Below, piece by piece: positions 56,085 to 64,000 of a DNA stretch of 64,000 bases (within the stretch, counting starts at the first letter, position 1; the number at the start of each line of letters is the position of its first letter). Source of the stretch: Candidatus Saccharimonadota bacterium (GTDB lineage Bacteria > Patescibacteriota > Saccharimonadia > Saccharimonadales > JAQGHD01); contig JAQGHD010000023.1 of NCBI GenBank assembly GCA_028288965.1, positions 7,249-71,248 of the forward strand. The letters run 5' to 3'. A program made the position numbers and the translations under genes. The notes beneath the pieces are model-generated. The model ran no database searches. It was given only the letters and a program-made list of their open reading frames with translations, and was not told the DNA's origin.

Positions 56085-56973
56085 GCTCGCTCCTAATTTT
56101 GCCGCGCAAAGTGCGAAGTTCGTGCAAAGCAACCTTGGCTTGCTCGTTTTTAGGTGGTGCACCGCCAACGTCTTGGGCACCCACAGGAATGCCGTGCCAA
56201 TGATAGTCATACTCCATAAAATCCACACCCTTACCCGGCACGGTATGGGCAATAATAGCTACTGGTTTTTCAACAATGGCCCGAGCCATGGCACAGGCGT
56301 CTATGACGGCCTCCATGTCATTCCCGTCAATCTCTATAACGTGCCAGCCAAAGGCTTCCCACTTGGCTGTTAGGTCTTCTAGCGGCATAACGTGCTCGGT
56401 AGTACCATCTATTTGAATGTTATTACGGTCAATGATAGCTATCAGGTTATTGAGCTTATACTTAGCGATCAGCATAGCTGCTTCCCAGATATTACCTTCA
56501 TCTAATTCCCCATCACCGGTGGTTACGTACACCCAGCGATGGTTGTCATGATTCATTTTCATCGACAGTGCCATACCAGCCGCTTGGCTGAGTCCACTGC
56601 CTAAGGGCCCGCTCGTTGTTTCTAGCCCCGGCAAAAGTTTACGCTCGGGGTGTCCTTGCAGCCGCGAGCCAAATTTCCGCAAGGTTTTGAGCTCTTTTTT
56701 ATCGAAATAGCCGGCATTAGCCAAGGTAGCGTAGACCACCGGAGCAACGTGCCCGTTACTAACCACCAAAATATCGCGCTGATCCCAATTGGGCTTTAAT
56801 GGATCGTGTTTTAATACATCAAAATAGAGTGCCGTGAAAATATCTGCTAGATCGAGCGGGCCAGCACTATGGCCGCTGCCGGCTTCGAGCAACATTTTAA
56901 TAATGTCTTGCCGAATAGTGTTGGCAATTAACTCAAGCTCCGCCGTTGTATATGACTTTTTGTTGTTTGTCAT
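56077..56973 (-). CDS. Transketolase, N-terminal (thiamine-diphosphate-binding) subunit
   Basis: The 298-aa ORF contains GSGHSAGPLDLADIF, SNGHVAPVVYA and the TPP motif GDGELDEGNIWEA. Its TGA stop at 56077-56079 overlaps the next subunit's ATG by 8 nt. Confidence 0.9.
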   Translation of the reverse strand: MTNNKKSYTTAELELIANTIRQDIIKMLLEAGSGHSAGPLDLADIFTALYFDVLKHDPLKPNWDQRDILVVSNGHVAPVVYATLANAGYFDKKELKTLRKFGSRLQGHPERKLLPGLETTSGPLGSGLSQAAGMALSMKMNHDNHRWVYVTTGDGELDEGNIWEAAMLIAKYKLNNLIAIIDRNNIQIDGTTEHVMPLEDLTAKWEAFGWHVIEIDGNDMEAVIDACAMARAIVEKPVAIIAHTVPGKGVDFMEYDYHWHGIPVGAQDVGGAPPKNEQAKVALHELRTLRGKIRSEHE

Positions 56974-57030
56974 CCTGCTTATGGATTATAACATCGATGG
57001 CTGTTATCTTAAACCAAGCTGGTCGAGGGG

Positions 57031-57666
57031 CTAGTGAGACACCAAAGAGTACAGGGTGTGATATGCCTCACGGGGATTGCGTGACTTATGGATGTAGCCG
57101 CCAACGTTTAAAACCTGGACACCGCCGAGTGCCAGGCGACGAGCATTTTGGGCATTGATACCACCATCCCAGGCAATTTCTATATGGGGTTTGAGTTTGC
57201 GGAGTTGCTCGACTTTATTTAAGAGATGGAAATCAACATGTCCGCCAAAGTGACCCAGCTCACCGCTAAATACCAGCACGTGATCGATGTAATCTAGGGC
57301 GCCGACAATGTTTTCGACTGGCGTGTCCTGCAAAAGTGCCACACCTACTCGCACATCGGCTTGGTGAATATGAGCAGCCAAATCAAAAAAGTTTCCCTGG
57401 GACTCGGCGTGAATAATAATCAGATCGGGATGTAGTGGTAAAACGGCTTCAATGGCGGGCGCTGGATCCTGATACATGATGTGGACATCCACATCTATGC
57501 CAGCTGGCCACCAGATGCGCATTGGATCGAGCAAGGTGATCGGAGCTAGCTGCCCGTCAGCCAAATCAATATGCAGCCGCCGCGCAAAAGAAGCGACATC
57601 GTGCATTTGTTGACGGTAGACCGCTGGAGTTTCAGCAGTAATCGTAGGGCAAACTACCGCGCTCAT
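57031..57666 (-). CDS. Ribulose-phosphate 3-epimerase family protein (divergent)
   Basis: The 211-aa ORF is colinear with Rpe (PTI.., HIDLADGQ, DVHIM, IIHAE, VGVAL, VLVFSGELGHFGG, IAWDGGI, LNVGGYI). Several normally invariant positions differ, for example HIDLADGQLAP in place of HxDVMDGHFVP. Confidence 0.65.
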   Translation of the reverse strand: MSAVVCPTITAETPAVYRQQMHDVASFARRLHIDLADGQLAPITLLDPMRIWWPAGIDVDVHIMYQDPAPAIEAVLPLHPDLIIIHAESQGNFFDLAAHIHQADVRVGVALLQDTPVENIVGALDYIDHVLVFSGELGHFGGHVDFHLLNKVEQLRKLKPHIEIAWDGGINAQNARRLALGGVQVLNVGGYIHKSRNPREAYHTLYSLVSH

Positions 57667-57884
57667 TTCATAAGGAAGTACAGGGCAACAGCCAGAATAA
57701 CGACAACCACTACCACGCCGACAATTAAGCCTGTCTTTGAACTTTTTGGACTGACTGTTGGTTGGGCTGAAGGCGTAACTGGTGGTGTATCATCTGGAGC
57801 GATATCCGGTGATGGGGTTGGTGAGGCCGGTGGAGCAGCTGGCTGATCCCCGGTTGGTGGCACTGGTGTTTGATTTGGATCCAT
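57663..57884 (-). CDS. Small Pro-rich tail-anchored membrane protein
   Basis: The 73-aa ORF has a Pro/Thr/Ala-rich N-terminal 50 aa followed by a single TM (GLIVGVVVVVVILAVALYFL). It overlaps the Rpe-like gene's start by 4 nt. This is the only ORF covering the interval. Confidence 0.5.
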   Translation of the reverse strand: MDPNQTPVPPTGDQPAAPPASPTPSPDIAPDDTPPVTPSAQPTVSPKSSKTGLIVGVVVVVVILAVALYFLMK

Positions 57885-57947
57885 AAAGAGTTCCTTTCGC
57901 TACGTTTTTCTAGCTTTAGTAAAGCATAAACGCTGTCAATGGTCGAG

Positions 57948-58394
57948 TTAGTTCAATTCATCCATCTGTTTTATGCGACGCACAAACCGAGCACTAGCCG
58001 CAAACGGTGTGTTCAGCCAGGTTTCGACGATTAACGGCGCATCTTCTTTTTTAAGCTGGTTGCTGGGCAGACAGAGGACATTGCTGTCATCGTCATTACG
58101 GGCCGCACGCGCCTCGGCTTGATTCCACACCAAACTGGCGCGAATACCCTTAAAGCGATTAGCCGCCATGCACATCCCCTGGCCGCTACCGCAAATTAAA
58201 ATACCTTTTGCCTCGTTGTCGTCACTAGCCAGCAAGCCTGAGATAACCTTTCCAGCAAATACCGGGAAATCATCATCTGGGTCTAGTTTGGTATCACCCT
58301 GGTCGACTACTTCATAACCAGCTCGTTTAAGATACTCAATTAGAAAATTATGTAGCTGGAATCCATTGTGGTCGGTGCCGATAAATAGCTTCAC
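57948..58394 (-). CDS. rpiB: Ribose-5-phosphate isomerase B
   Basis: From GTG 58394 the protein reads VKLFIGTDHNGFQLHNFLIEYLKRAGYEVVDQG, followed by ILICGSGQGMCMAANR. AAGGA lies 8 nt upstream of the GTG. The ORF-track extension to 58475 overlaps gap and is rejected. Confidence 0.88.
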   Translation of the reverse strand: MKLFIGTDHNGFQLHNFLIEYLKRAGYEVVDQGDTKLDPDDDFPVFAGKVISGLLASDDNEAKGILICGSGQGMCMAANRFKGIRASLVWNQAEARAARNDDDSNVLCLPSNQLKKEDAPLIVETWLNTPFAASARFVRRIKQMDELN

Positions 58395-58399
58395 GCGAG

Positions 58400-59425
58400 T
58401 TATCCTTTGTGACCATGATGCAAAAATCGGCCAATATCGGCCACAACTTCCACCAGCCGATTGCTGTAGCCCCACTCGTTGTCATACCAAGCCACAACCT
58501 TCAGCATATTGTCACCAATCACGGCTGTTAGTTTAAGGTCAACAATCGCCGAGTGGCTGTTGCCAATAAAGTCGCTGCTGACCAATTCTTCTTCGGTTAC
58601 CGCTAAAATGCCTTGATAGTAGGGCTCTTTGGCAGCTTTTTTGAAGGTTTCGTTGACCATTTCTACCGTTACTGGGTTTTTGGTGATAATCACAAAGTCG
58701 CTGAGCGAGACCACCGGTGTTGGCACCCGCACACTCATGCCGCCAAAGATGCCTTCCAGGGCCGGCAAGGCCTTAGCCGCGGCAATTGAAGCGCCAGTGG
58801 TGGTCGGAACGATATTTTCGGCCGCATTGCGGGCCTCACGCAAGTCTTTGGCCGGGGCATCCTGCAATTTTTGACTGGCCGTGTAGCTGTGGACGGTGGT
58901 CATCATGGCTTTATCTATGCCAAAAGCATTCTCTATCACCGCCGCCACTGGCGTAATACAGTTGGTAGTACACGAGGCGTTGCTAATGATATCTTCCGCT
59001 GTTTCGAGTTTGTCCTCATTGACACCTAGTACCACCGTGGTAGCTCCTTCACCCTTAGCAGGTGCAGAGATAACTACCTTTTTGGCACCGGCTGTAACAT
59101 GTGCCTTGGCTTTGGCTGGGTCGACAAAGAAACCAGTTGATTCAATCACTACATCAATGCCCAATTCCTTCCAAGGGAGTTTAGCCGGATCCATTTCGGC
59201 CAGCACCTTTACGTGATGATCTTTAACCGTGATACCTTTATCATCATGGCCAACTTGGTGCTCGTAGGTCCCATAGTTACTGTCGTGCTTGAGTAAGTGA
59301 GCCAGTGTTTTGGTGTCAGTTAGGTCGTTAATGGCTACTATTTCTAAGTCAGTTCGTTCAAATGCAACTTTGAATGCATTCCGGCCAATTCTGCCAAAAC
59401 CGTTAATTGCCACTTTGGTTTTCAT
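58400..59425 (-). CDS. gap: Glyceraldehyde-3-phosphate dehydrogenase (type I)
   Basis: The 341-aa ORF has the NAD-binding motif INGFGRIGR, the active site SNASCTTNC and the C-terminal WYDNEWGYS. Confidence 0.95.
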   Translation of the reverse strand: MKTKVAINGFGRIGRNAFKVAFERTDLEIVAINDLTDTKTLAHLLKHDSNYGTYEHQVGHDDKGITVKDHHVKVLAEMDPAKLPWKELGIDVVIESTGFFVDPAKAKAHVTAGAKKVVISAPAKGEGATTVVLGVNEDKLETAEDIISNASCTTNCITPVAAVIENAFGIDKAMMTTVHSYTASQKLQDAPAKDLREARNAAENIVPTTTGASIAAAKALPALEGIFGGMSVRVPTPVVSLSDFVIITKNPVTVEMVNETFKKAAKEPYYQGILAVTEEELVSSDFIGNSHSAIVDLKLTAVIGDNMLKVVAWYDNEWGYSNRLVEVVADIGRFLHHGHKG

Positions 59426-59499
59426 GTATCACCCCCGTCGTTTAGCTTTTTTCGCGTTGTACTCATTAAAGCATAAGAAATTTAAGGCAATTTGTCACC

Positions 59500-60267
59500 T
59501 TAGCTATTCATTATTTCAGTAACTGCCTCAAAAATGACCGGGTTGGTGGCGATTAAACTCATCTCTCGAATGTTATAGCCAGAAGAGCCCACATTGCTAA
59601 TACGTCCACCAGCTTCTTTAATAAGTAGCGCTCTTGGCACAATGTCCCAAATACCGCCGTGTGAGTGAAAAATAATTAACCCGTCGACCGCACCCTTAGC
59701 CACAGCTGGGAAATCACGGAGCTGTGCAAATCCTTGGACGCGTAGATTTAGCTCCATAAACTTCTTGATTACCTCTGGGTTTTTAAAGTCACCACCAAGC
59801 TCTGGCCAAACGCGATCGAGTGGGCGCTGGCTGACATGCACCGCTTGGCCGTTACGCGTCGTACCCTGATCTTTTATGGCGATATACAACTCGTCTGTTA
59901 CAAATTTATAGACTAGAGCAAACACCGGTTCATTATCAACCACCAAGGCCACCATATTGCGCGGCAATGGCAAGCCACGAATAAACGATTCGGTACCGTC
60001 AATTGGGTCAATCAGCCAAAACGTTTCCGCACTGATGTCCCCACCAAATTCTTCACCGACAATTGGGATAGAGTCGTCAAACTTTATCAGCGCGGCGCGC
60101 AGCTCCTGCTCCAATTTTTTGTCTAGCTCAGTAACAACTGATTTATCATCCTTGAGGGTATGCGCTACATTTCCAAAGGCCTTCAGCAAGATGGGCCGTT
60201 GTTGTTGCAAGACAGCCATAATGACTGCTTCTGCCTTGGCATACCACTCGCGAGTTTGTTTCACCAT
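59500..60267 (-). CDS. Inositol monophosphatase / fructose-1,6-bisphosphatase family protein
   Basis: The 255-aa ORF contains VGEEFGG, WLIDPIDGTESFIRG and the C-terminal GGIWDIVP, matching the metal-binding motifs of the IMPase/FBPase superfamily. Confidence 0.82.
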   Translation of the reverse strand: MVKQTREWYAKAEAVIMAVLQQQRPILLKAFGNVAHTLKDDKSVVTELDKKLEQELRAALIKFDDSIPIVGEEFGGDISAETFWLIDPIDGTESFIRGLPLPRNMVALVVDNEPVFALVYKFVTDELYIAIKDQGTTRNGQAVHVSQRPLDRVWPELGGDFKNPEVIKKFMELNLRVQGFAQLRDFPAVAKGAVDGLIIFHSHGGIWDIVPRALLIKEAGGRISNVGSSGYNIREMSLIATNPVIFEAVTEIMNS

Positions 60268-60292
60268 CTTCTAGAGCCGATCAATTTGTAAG

Positions 60293-60817
60293 TTATTTTT
60301 TAGCTAAATTAATTGAATCGGTAATGACTTTTTTGGCGTCATCTGGGCCGCCCCAACCATTGAGTTTACCGTCAACTCCTTGCCAATTCTTTTTCCAATC
60401 TTTGTAGTGCGTATAAAAATGCTCGATTTGCTTTTTAAAAGCCGGCCCCAAATCATCAACATGCTTAATATGATCTTTACTAATGTCGTCAGCGGGAACA
60501 CAAATAAGTTTCTCGTCTTTTTCGCCGTCATCTTCAAAATACAGCACACCAATTGGGCGAGCCGGAACCACCACCCCGTGCGGTAGCGATTCATCAATAA
60601 CAACCAAGGCATCCAGGGGGTCTCCATCGCCACACAACGTGTTTGGGATGTAACCGTAGTCGGTTGGGTACCCCATTAAAACGCCATTCACGCGATCTAA
60701 AAATAGGTGCCCGGTTTTTTTGTCCATCTCAATTTTGTTACGACTGCCTTGTTGAATTTCTATCACTACGTTAATAACGTTTGGGGCCTCATCGCCATAG
60801 CTTAAGTCTGTACTCAT
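60293..60817 (-). CDS. ppa: Inorganic pyrophosphatase (family I)
   Basis: The 174-aa ORF contains VIEIQQGSRNKIEMDK, YGYIPNTLCGDGDPLDALV and DEKLICV, typical of family I PPase. Confidence 0.93.
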   Translation of the reverse strand: MSTDLSYGDEAPNVINVVIEIQQGSRNKIEMDKKTGHLFLDRVNGVLMGYPTDYGYIPNTLCGDGDPLDALVVIDESLPHGVVVPARPIGVLYFEDDGEKDEKLICVPADDISKDHIKHVDDLGPAFKKQIEHFYTHYKDWKKNWQGVDGKLNGWGGPDDAKKVITDSINLAKK

Positions 60818-60863
60818 CTGTAAAAAGCTCCTTTATTTCTGCAATTATTGTACACTAAAGAGA

Positions 60864-61556
60864 ATGAAAATCATCGGGCACCGTGGTGCTGCTAGTTTAG
60901 CTTTAGAAAATACTAAAGCCAGTTTGTTAACAGCCTTAGATGCTGAACCATTTGGCATTGAGTTTGATGTTCGCCTAACTAAGGATGACCGTCTGGTGCT
61001 CAGCCACGACCCGGATATGCTGCGTGTAGCCGGTAAGGCCGTTCGCATACGTGATCTCACCTGTGAGGAGCTTAAGAAAATTCCTTTAATAAATGACGAT
61101 GTCTTATTGGCCCTGGAGGAAGCGCTGGATATAATCGGCAGCAAGACGCAAATTGTGCTGGAATTTAAGGACGATGATAGTGCCGGCCCCCTGCTTAAAG
61201 TCTTAGAAAAATATACTGGAGCTAAGATCTGGGTGGCCTCATTTAAACTGCAAGAACTGGCGCTGCTGCGTGAAGCCAATCCAAACCTGGTTCTGTACGG
61301 ATTGGAGCGCACCAGGCCGTTTGACATTATTCATTTTGCTCGTCAGCTGAAGCTTAATGGCATTGGCCTAAATTACTGGATCCTTAATCCCTTGACTTAT
61401 TGGTTAGCGCGCCACGACAATCTAGACATTTACGTGTATACGGTCAATAATCGGCTCCTTATTTGGTTTATTCATTTGCTGTATCCGCAGGTGGCCATTT
61501 GCACCAACTTTCCACAGTGGTATACTCCACACCGGCAGTCAGCCAAAGCTTCCTAA
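60864..61556 (+). CDS. Glycerophosphodiester phosphodiesterase family protein
   Basis: The 230-aa ORF has IIGHRGAASLALENT, EFDVRLTKDDRLVLSHD and later TIM-barrel strands of GDPD-family proteins. Confidence 0.82.
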   Translation: MKIIGHRGAASLALENTKASLLTALDAEPFGIEFDVRLTKDDRLVLSHDPDMLRVAGKAVRIRDLTCEELKKIPLINDDVLLALEEALDIIGSKTQIVLEFKDDDSAGPLLKVLEKYTGAKIWVASFKLQELALLREANPNLVLYGLERTRPFDIIHFARQLKLNGIGLNYWILNPLTYWLARHDNLDIYVYTVNNRLLIWFIHLLYPQVAICTNFPQWYTPHRQSAKAS

Positions 61557-61596
61557 AGCTGAGCTGATATACTAGCTAACACAGAGGAGGAATGCT

Positions 61597-62301
61597 ATGC
61601 AGGTTACTTATGACCACACTGATACAATTGGCAAAAATATACATCGATTTTGGTTTAGGCCGCCGCCAACAATTGACTACATCGCCGGGCAGTTTATTGA
61701 GCTGCATCTGCCGCACCCTAATCCTGATGAACGCGGCATTAAACACTGGTTTACTTTAAGCTCGTCGCCCACTGAAGAACTTTTATTTATCACTACTAAA
61801 TTTACTCCGGAAAAAAGCAGCACTTTTAAGTTAACGCTAAAGGATCTTCGCCCTGGCACCAAAGTGACCATGGTCGAGCCAGAGGGCGATTTTGTTCTGC
61901 CCAACGACGCTAACCAAGCGTTAATTTTTGTGGCTGGCGGGATTGGCATTACACCTTACCGAAGTATGATTAAGTGGCTGCAAGACACGCAGCAGAAGCG
62001 GGCCATACAATTGTTGTACGCCGTAAATGATCTGGACCAGGCAGTGTTTCTGGACCTGTTTAAAGAATATGGGGTAGACCTGACGACGATAGTTAAACAG
62101 CCGCCGGCTGACTACGTCGGAGAAACCGGTAGTCTAGACGCCAAGCGAATCTTAGGCCTGATTGGTGAGCTTAATAACAAGCTTGTGTACGTCTCTGGCC
62201 CCGAACCGATGGTCGAGCAGTTCAACGATGACCTTCAGGCCCTCGGAGTTCCGCCATCTCAACTCAAAACTGACTTTTTCCCGAATTATACGTCTATCTA
62301 A
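61597..62301 (+). CDS. FNR-like FAD/NAD(P)-binding oxidoreductase (two-domain, no Fe-S domain)
   Basis: The 234-aa ORF has an FAD-binding beta-barrel (GQFIELHL.., HWFTLSS in the RxYS position), the NAD(P) motif FVAGGIGITPY and the C-terminal VSGPEPMV. Confidence 0.75.
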   Translation: MQVTYDHTDTIGKNIHRFWFRPPPTIDYIAGQFIELHLPHPNPDERGIKHWFTLSSSPTEELLFITTKFTPEKSSTFKLTLKDLRPGTKVTMVEPEGDFVLPNDANQALIFVAGGIGITPYRSMIKWLQDTQQKRAIQLLYAVNDLDQAVFLDLFKEYGVDLTTIVKQPPADYVGETGSLDAKRILGLIGELNNKLVYVSGPEPMVEQFNDDLQALGVPPSQLKTDFFPNYTSI

Positions 62302-62327
62302 AAAGCTACCGCACTGCAGGCTAACGT

Positions 62328-62753
62328 TTACTCAGTGACCTTGACGCTGCCAGTCATATTGGAGTGGATATTGCAGTGGTAAGTAAACGTTCCGACTGTG
62401 TTGAAAGTTACACTGTAACTGTCACCATTACTAAGCGTGTCGCTACCTTTAAAATCGGCATCGGGCTTATCAGGCGTGACGGTGTGCGACGTGCTGTCTT
62501 TATTAGTCCAAGTAACTTTGGTGCCTTTTTTGACCGTAATGGAGCTTGGGCTAAAACTAAAATTGCTAATACTCACCGCATTTTGGCTGGTAGCTGGGGT
62601 ATTTGTTGAAGTGTTGCTGGTCGGTGAGCTGGTGGCGCTACTGCTAGAAGATGCTGCCTTATTATCGGACTTGTGCCTATTGGCGACAAGAATACCAATG
62701 ACCGCTCCGATCACAACTATAACGATAATTGCTATTGCTGCTGTTCGTTTCAT
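62328..62753 (-). CDS. Membrane-anchored cupredoxin (type 1 blue-copper protein, amicyanin/plastocyanin-like)
   Basis: The 141-aa ORF has an N-terminal TM, a Ser/Thr-rich linker and then a cupredoxin fold. Copper ligands are the His in DSTSHTV and C-x2-H-x2-M in YHCNIHSNM. Confidence 0.8.
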   Translation of the reverse strand: MKRTAAIAIIVIVVIGAVIGILVANRHKSDNKAASSSSSATSSPTSNTSTNTPATSQNAVSISNFSFSPSSITVKKGTKVTWTNKDSTSHTVTPDKPDADFKGSDTLSNGDSYSVTFNTVGTFTYHCNIHSNMTGSVKVTE

Positions 62754-62798
62754 AAATTGGACCCTCCTCTTACTAGCTTATTGTAGCACCGGTTGTCA

Positions 62799-63845
62799 CT
62801 AAACCTTCAAGGTTACTGGTGTGACTAACAGAGCATGGCCCTCCAAATAGTGGCGAATCATCAAGGCTGCCGTAGCTCCCTCGCCAACTGCCGTTGCAAT
62901 CTGCATGGTGGCACCACTGCGCACGTCTCCGGCCGCAAAAACGCCGGGCAAGCTCGTCTCCAAATAAGGGTTCGTTTTAATAAAGCCAATTTCGTCTAAT
63001 TCTATGGTTGTTTTCTTTAAGAACTCGGTATTAGGCAAAAGACCGACAAAGACAAAAACCCCGTCGGTGGGAAAGTCTACTTTTTTGCCAGTAGTTTTAT
63101 CGGTACCAATTACTTTTGTCACTTTTTCAAAGTTATCAACTTTGGCACCAATAATTTCATCGGTGCTGGTGTTGAAGTGCACCGTGACTTTAGCAGTGTG
63201 CTTTTGCAGCTCTTCCTGCAAAACCTCTGAGGCTCGAAAGTGATCACCGCGGACTAGTATATCTATGTGCGAAGCAAAACGTGTCAAAAATATAGCTTCT
63301 TGGACCGCTGAATTACCACCGCCCACCACCACCAGGCGTTTATCTCTGTAAAAAGCTCCGTCGCAGGTTGCACAATAATGAACGCCGCGAGCGTAATACT
63401 CTTTTTCGCCTGGCACACCTATTTTTTTATAATCTGAGCCCGTGGCTATGAGCACCGCCTTGGCATGGACTTCGCCATCGGTAGTAATAACACGTTTATG
63501 GGAGCCAGCGTCGATGATATTAGCTACCTCGCCGTATTCAAACTTAGCACCAAATCGCTGAGCCTGTTGGTGTAAATTCTCGGCCAAATCAAGTCCTGAA
63601 ATACCTTTAGCAAAGCCCGGGTAGTTATCAATCCAATCTGTTACTGCCGCCAAGCCACCAATCGGGCCCTTATCGTACAGCACGGTTTCAATATCTTCGC
63701 GGGTGGTGTAAATTGCCGCACTTAGCGCCGCAGGACCGGCTCCGATCATCACCACATCGTGAACGGGCTCTATCGCCACCGTTTTCGCGGAAGCTGTTGC
63801 CGTGACCGGGACAGCTTTAGTTTTTTCAGCAGTCTGACTCACCAT
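62799..63845 (-). CDS. trxB: Thioredoxin-disulfide reductase
   Basis: The 348-aa ORF has the FAD motif IGAGPAALSAA, the redox-active CATCDG, the NADPH motif GGGNSAVQEA and the C-terminal AAGDV. It also has an N-terminal extension of ~25 aa and a short C-terminal one. Confidence 0.92.
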   Translation of the reverse strand: MVSQTAEKTKAVPVTATASAKTVAIEPVHDVVMIGAGPAALSAAIYTTREDIETVLYDKGPIGGLAAVTDWIDNYPGFAKGISGLDLAENLHQQAQRFGAKFEYGEVANIIDAGSHKRVITTDGEVHAKAVLIATGSDYKKIGVPGEKEYYARGVHYCATCDGAFYRDKRLVVVGGGNSAVQEAIFLTRFASHIDILVRGDHFRASEVLQEELQKHTAKVTVHFNTSTDEIIGAKVDNFEKVTKVIGTDKTTGKKVDFPTDGVFVFVGLLPNTEFLKKTTIELDEIGFIKTNPYLETSLPGVFAAGDVRSGATMQIATAVGEGATAALMIRHYLEGHALLVTPVTLKV

Positions 63846-63867
63846 GAACTCCTAATTATGAATTCCT

Positions 63868-63896
63868 ATTATGACGTCTCTCTTTATTGTGTGCAA
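63868..63896 (-). promoter_or_regulatory. Candidate trxB promoter (TTGCAC-N17-CATAAT)
   Basis: On the minus strand, TTGCAC lies at 63896-63891 and CATAAT at 63873-63868. An AGGAG Shine-Dalgarno sits just before ATG 63845. Confidence 0.35.
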
Positions 63897-64000
63897 TCAT
63901 TAGGAAGAGCAACTGGCACAATCAATGTAGCCGATTATCCAGCGCGAAAGAGGTGCCTGCGACGAGAGGACTCGCCGTAGGATAGGGCAAGAAACCCATA

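Noticed and set aside
56085-56252. N-terminal 56 codons of the ORF-track transketolase C-subunit, and the analogous rpiB extension at 58395-58475.
   Set aside because: These extensions lie inside the upstream genes (the transketolase N-subunit and gap). Conserved N-termini and Shine-Dalgarno sequences support the internal ATG 56084 and GTG 58394.
60845-61327. 160-aa Ser/Arg-rich minus-strand ORF antisense to the glycerophosphodiesterase gene.
   Set aside because: The plus-strand frame carries the clear GDPD motifs (HRGA.., EFDVRLTKD). The minus-strand product is low-complexity and lacks a start context.
63900-64000. Resemblance to RNase P RNA (…GAGAGGACTCGCC…ATAGGGCA…GAAACCCA) on the plus strand, and to a TPP riboswitch fragment (CTGGATAAT) on the minus strand.
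   Set aside because: The universally conserved GAGGAAAGUCC (CR-I) is absent. The CUGAGA and ACCC elements of the TPP aptamer are also absent. The similarities are short and probably fortuitous. The region is retained only as unassigned structured sequence.

Overview
This is a gene-dense 64-kb chromosomal segment with about 60 protein genes and one tRNA. I found no rRNA, CRISPR array, transposase, integrase or phage genes. The standard bacterial code applies, since TGA is used as a stop (for example 27248-27250 and 56077-56079). About two thirds of the genes are on the minus strand. Many neighbouring genes overlap by 1, 4, 8 or 14 nt.

Most of the content is core housekeeping:
- Transcription and proteostasis: rpoB and rpoC (rpoC runs off the left edge and is missing from the ORF track), clpP, tig, clpC, nusA.
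- Translation and RNA: hisS, tyrS, gatCAB, rplS, rsmD, a TrmH-family methyltransferase, tRNA-Leu(UAG).
- DNA metabolism: recG, dnaE, uvrB, rnhB, yraN.
- Envelope: a class A PBP, pepN, a PilB-type ATPase and a pilin-like protein.
- A contiguous sugar-phosphate island at 52.5-60.8 kb: PfkB kinase, class II aldolase, split transketolase, Rpe-like protein, RpiB, GAPDH, IMPase-family protein, PPase.
- A small redox cluster at the right end: FNR-like reductase, membrane-anchored cupredoxin, TrxR.

The gene set, the split transketolase, the pilus parts and the tight packing suggest a reduced-genome Patescibacteria/CPR organism, probably Saccharibacteria. That is inference only.

The clearest non-obvious signal is a pair of perfect CIRCE (HrcA operator) inverted repeats. 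Each one contains the -35 hexamer of a near-consensus promoter, and they sit directly in front of clpP and clpC.

Other candidates for uncharacterised biology:
- An uncharacterised 427-aa protein translationally coupled to a LOG/TIGR00725-type protein, next to an unusually hydrophilic CDP-alcohol phosphatidyltransferase homologue (49.9-52.5 kb).
- A two-gene processive GT2 synthase plus membrane-anchored TIM-barrel-like module (25.5-28.3 kb).
- A membrane-protein gene wedged into gatCA-B.
- A TyrRS whose HIGH motif reads TVGN.

I see no self-contained defence or mobile system in this window. None of the candidates can be proven novel from sequence alone.
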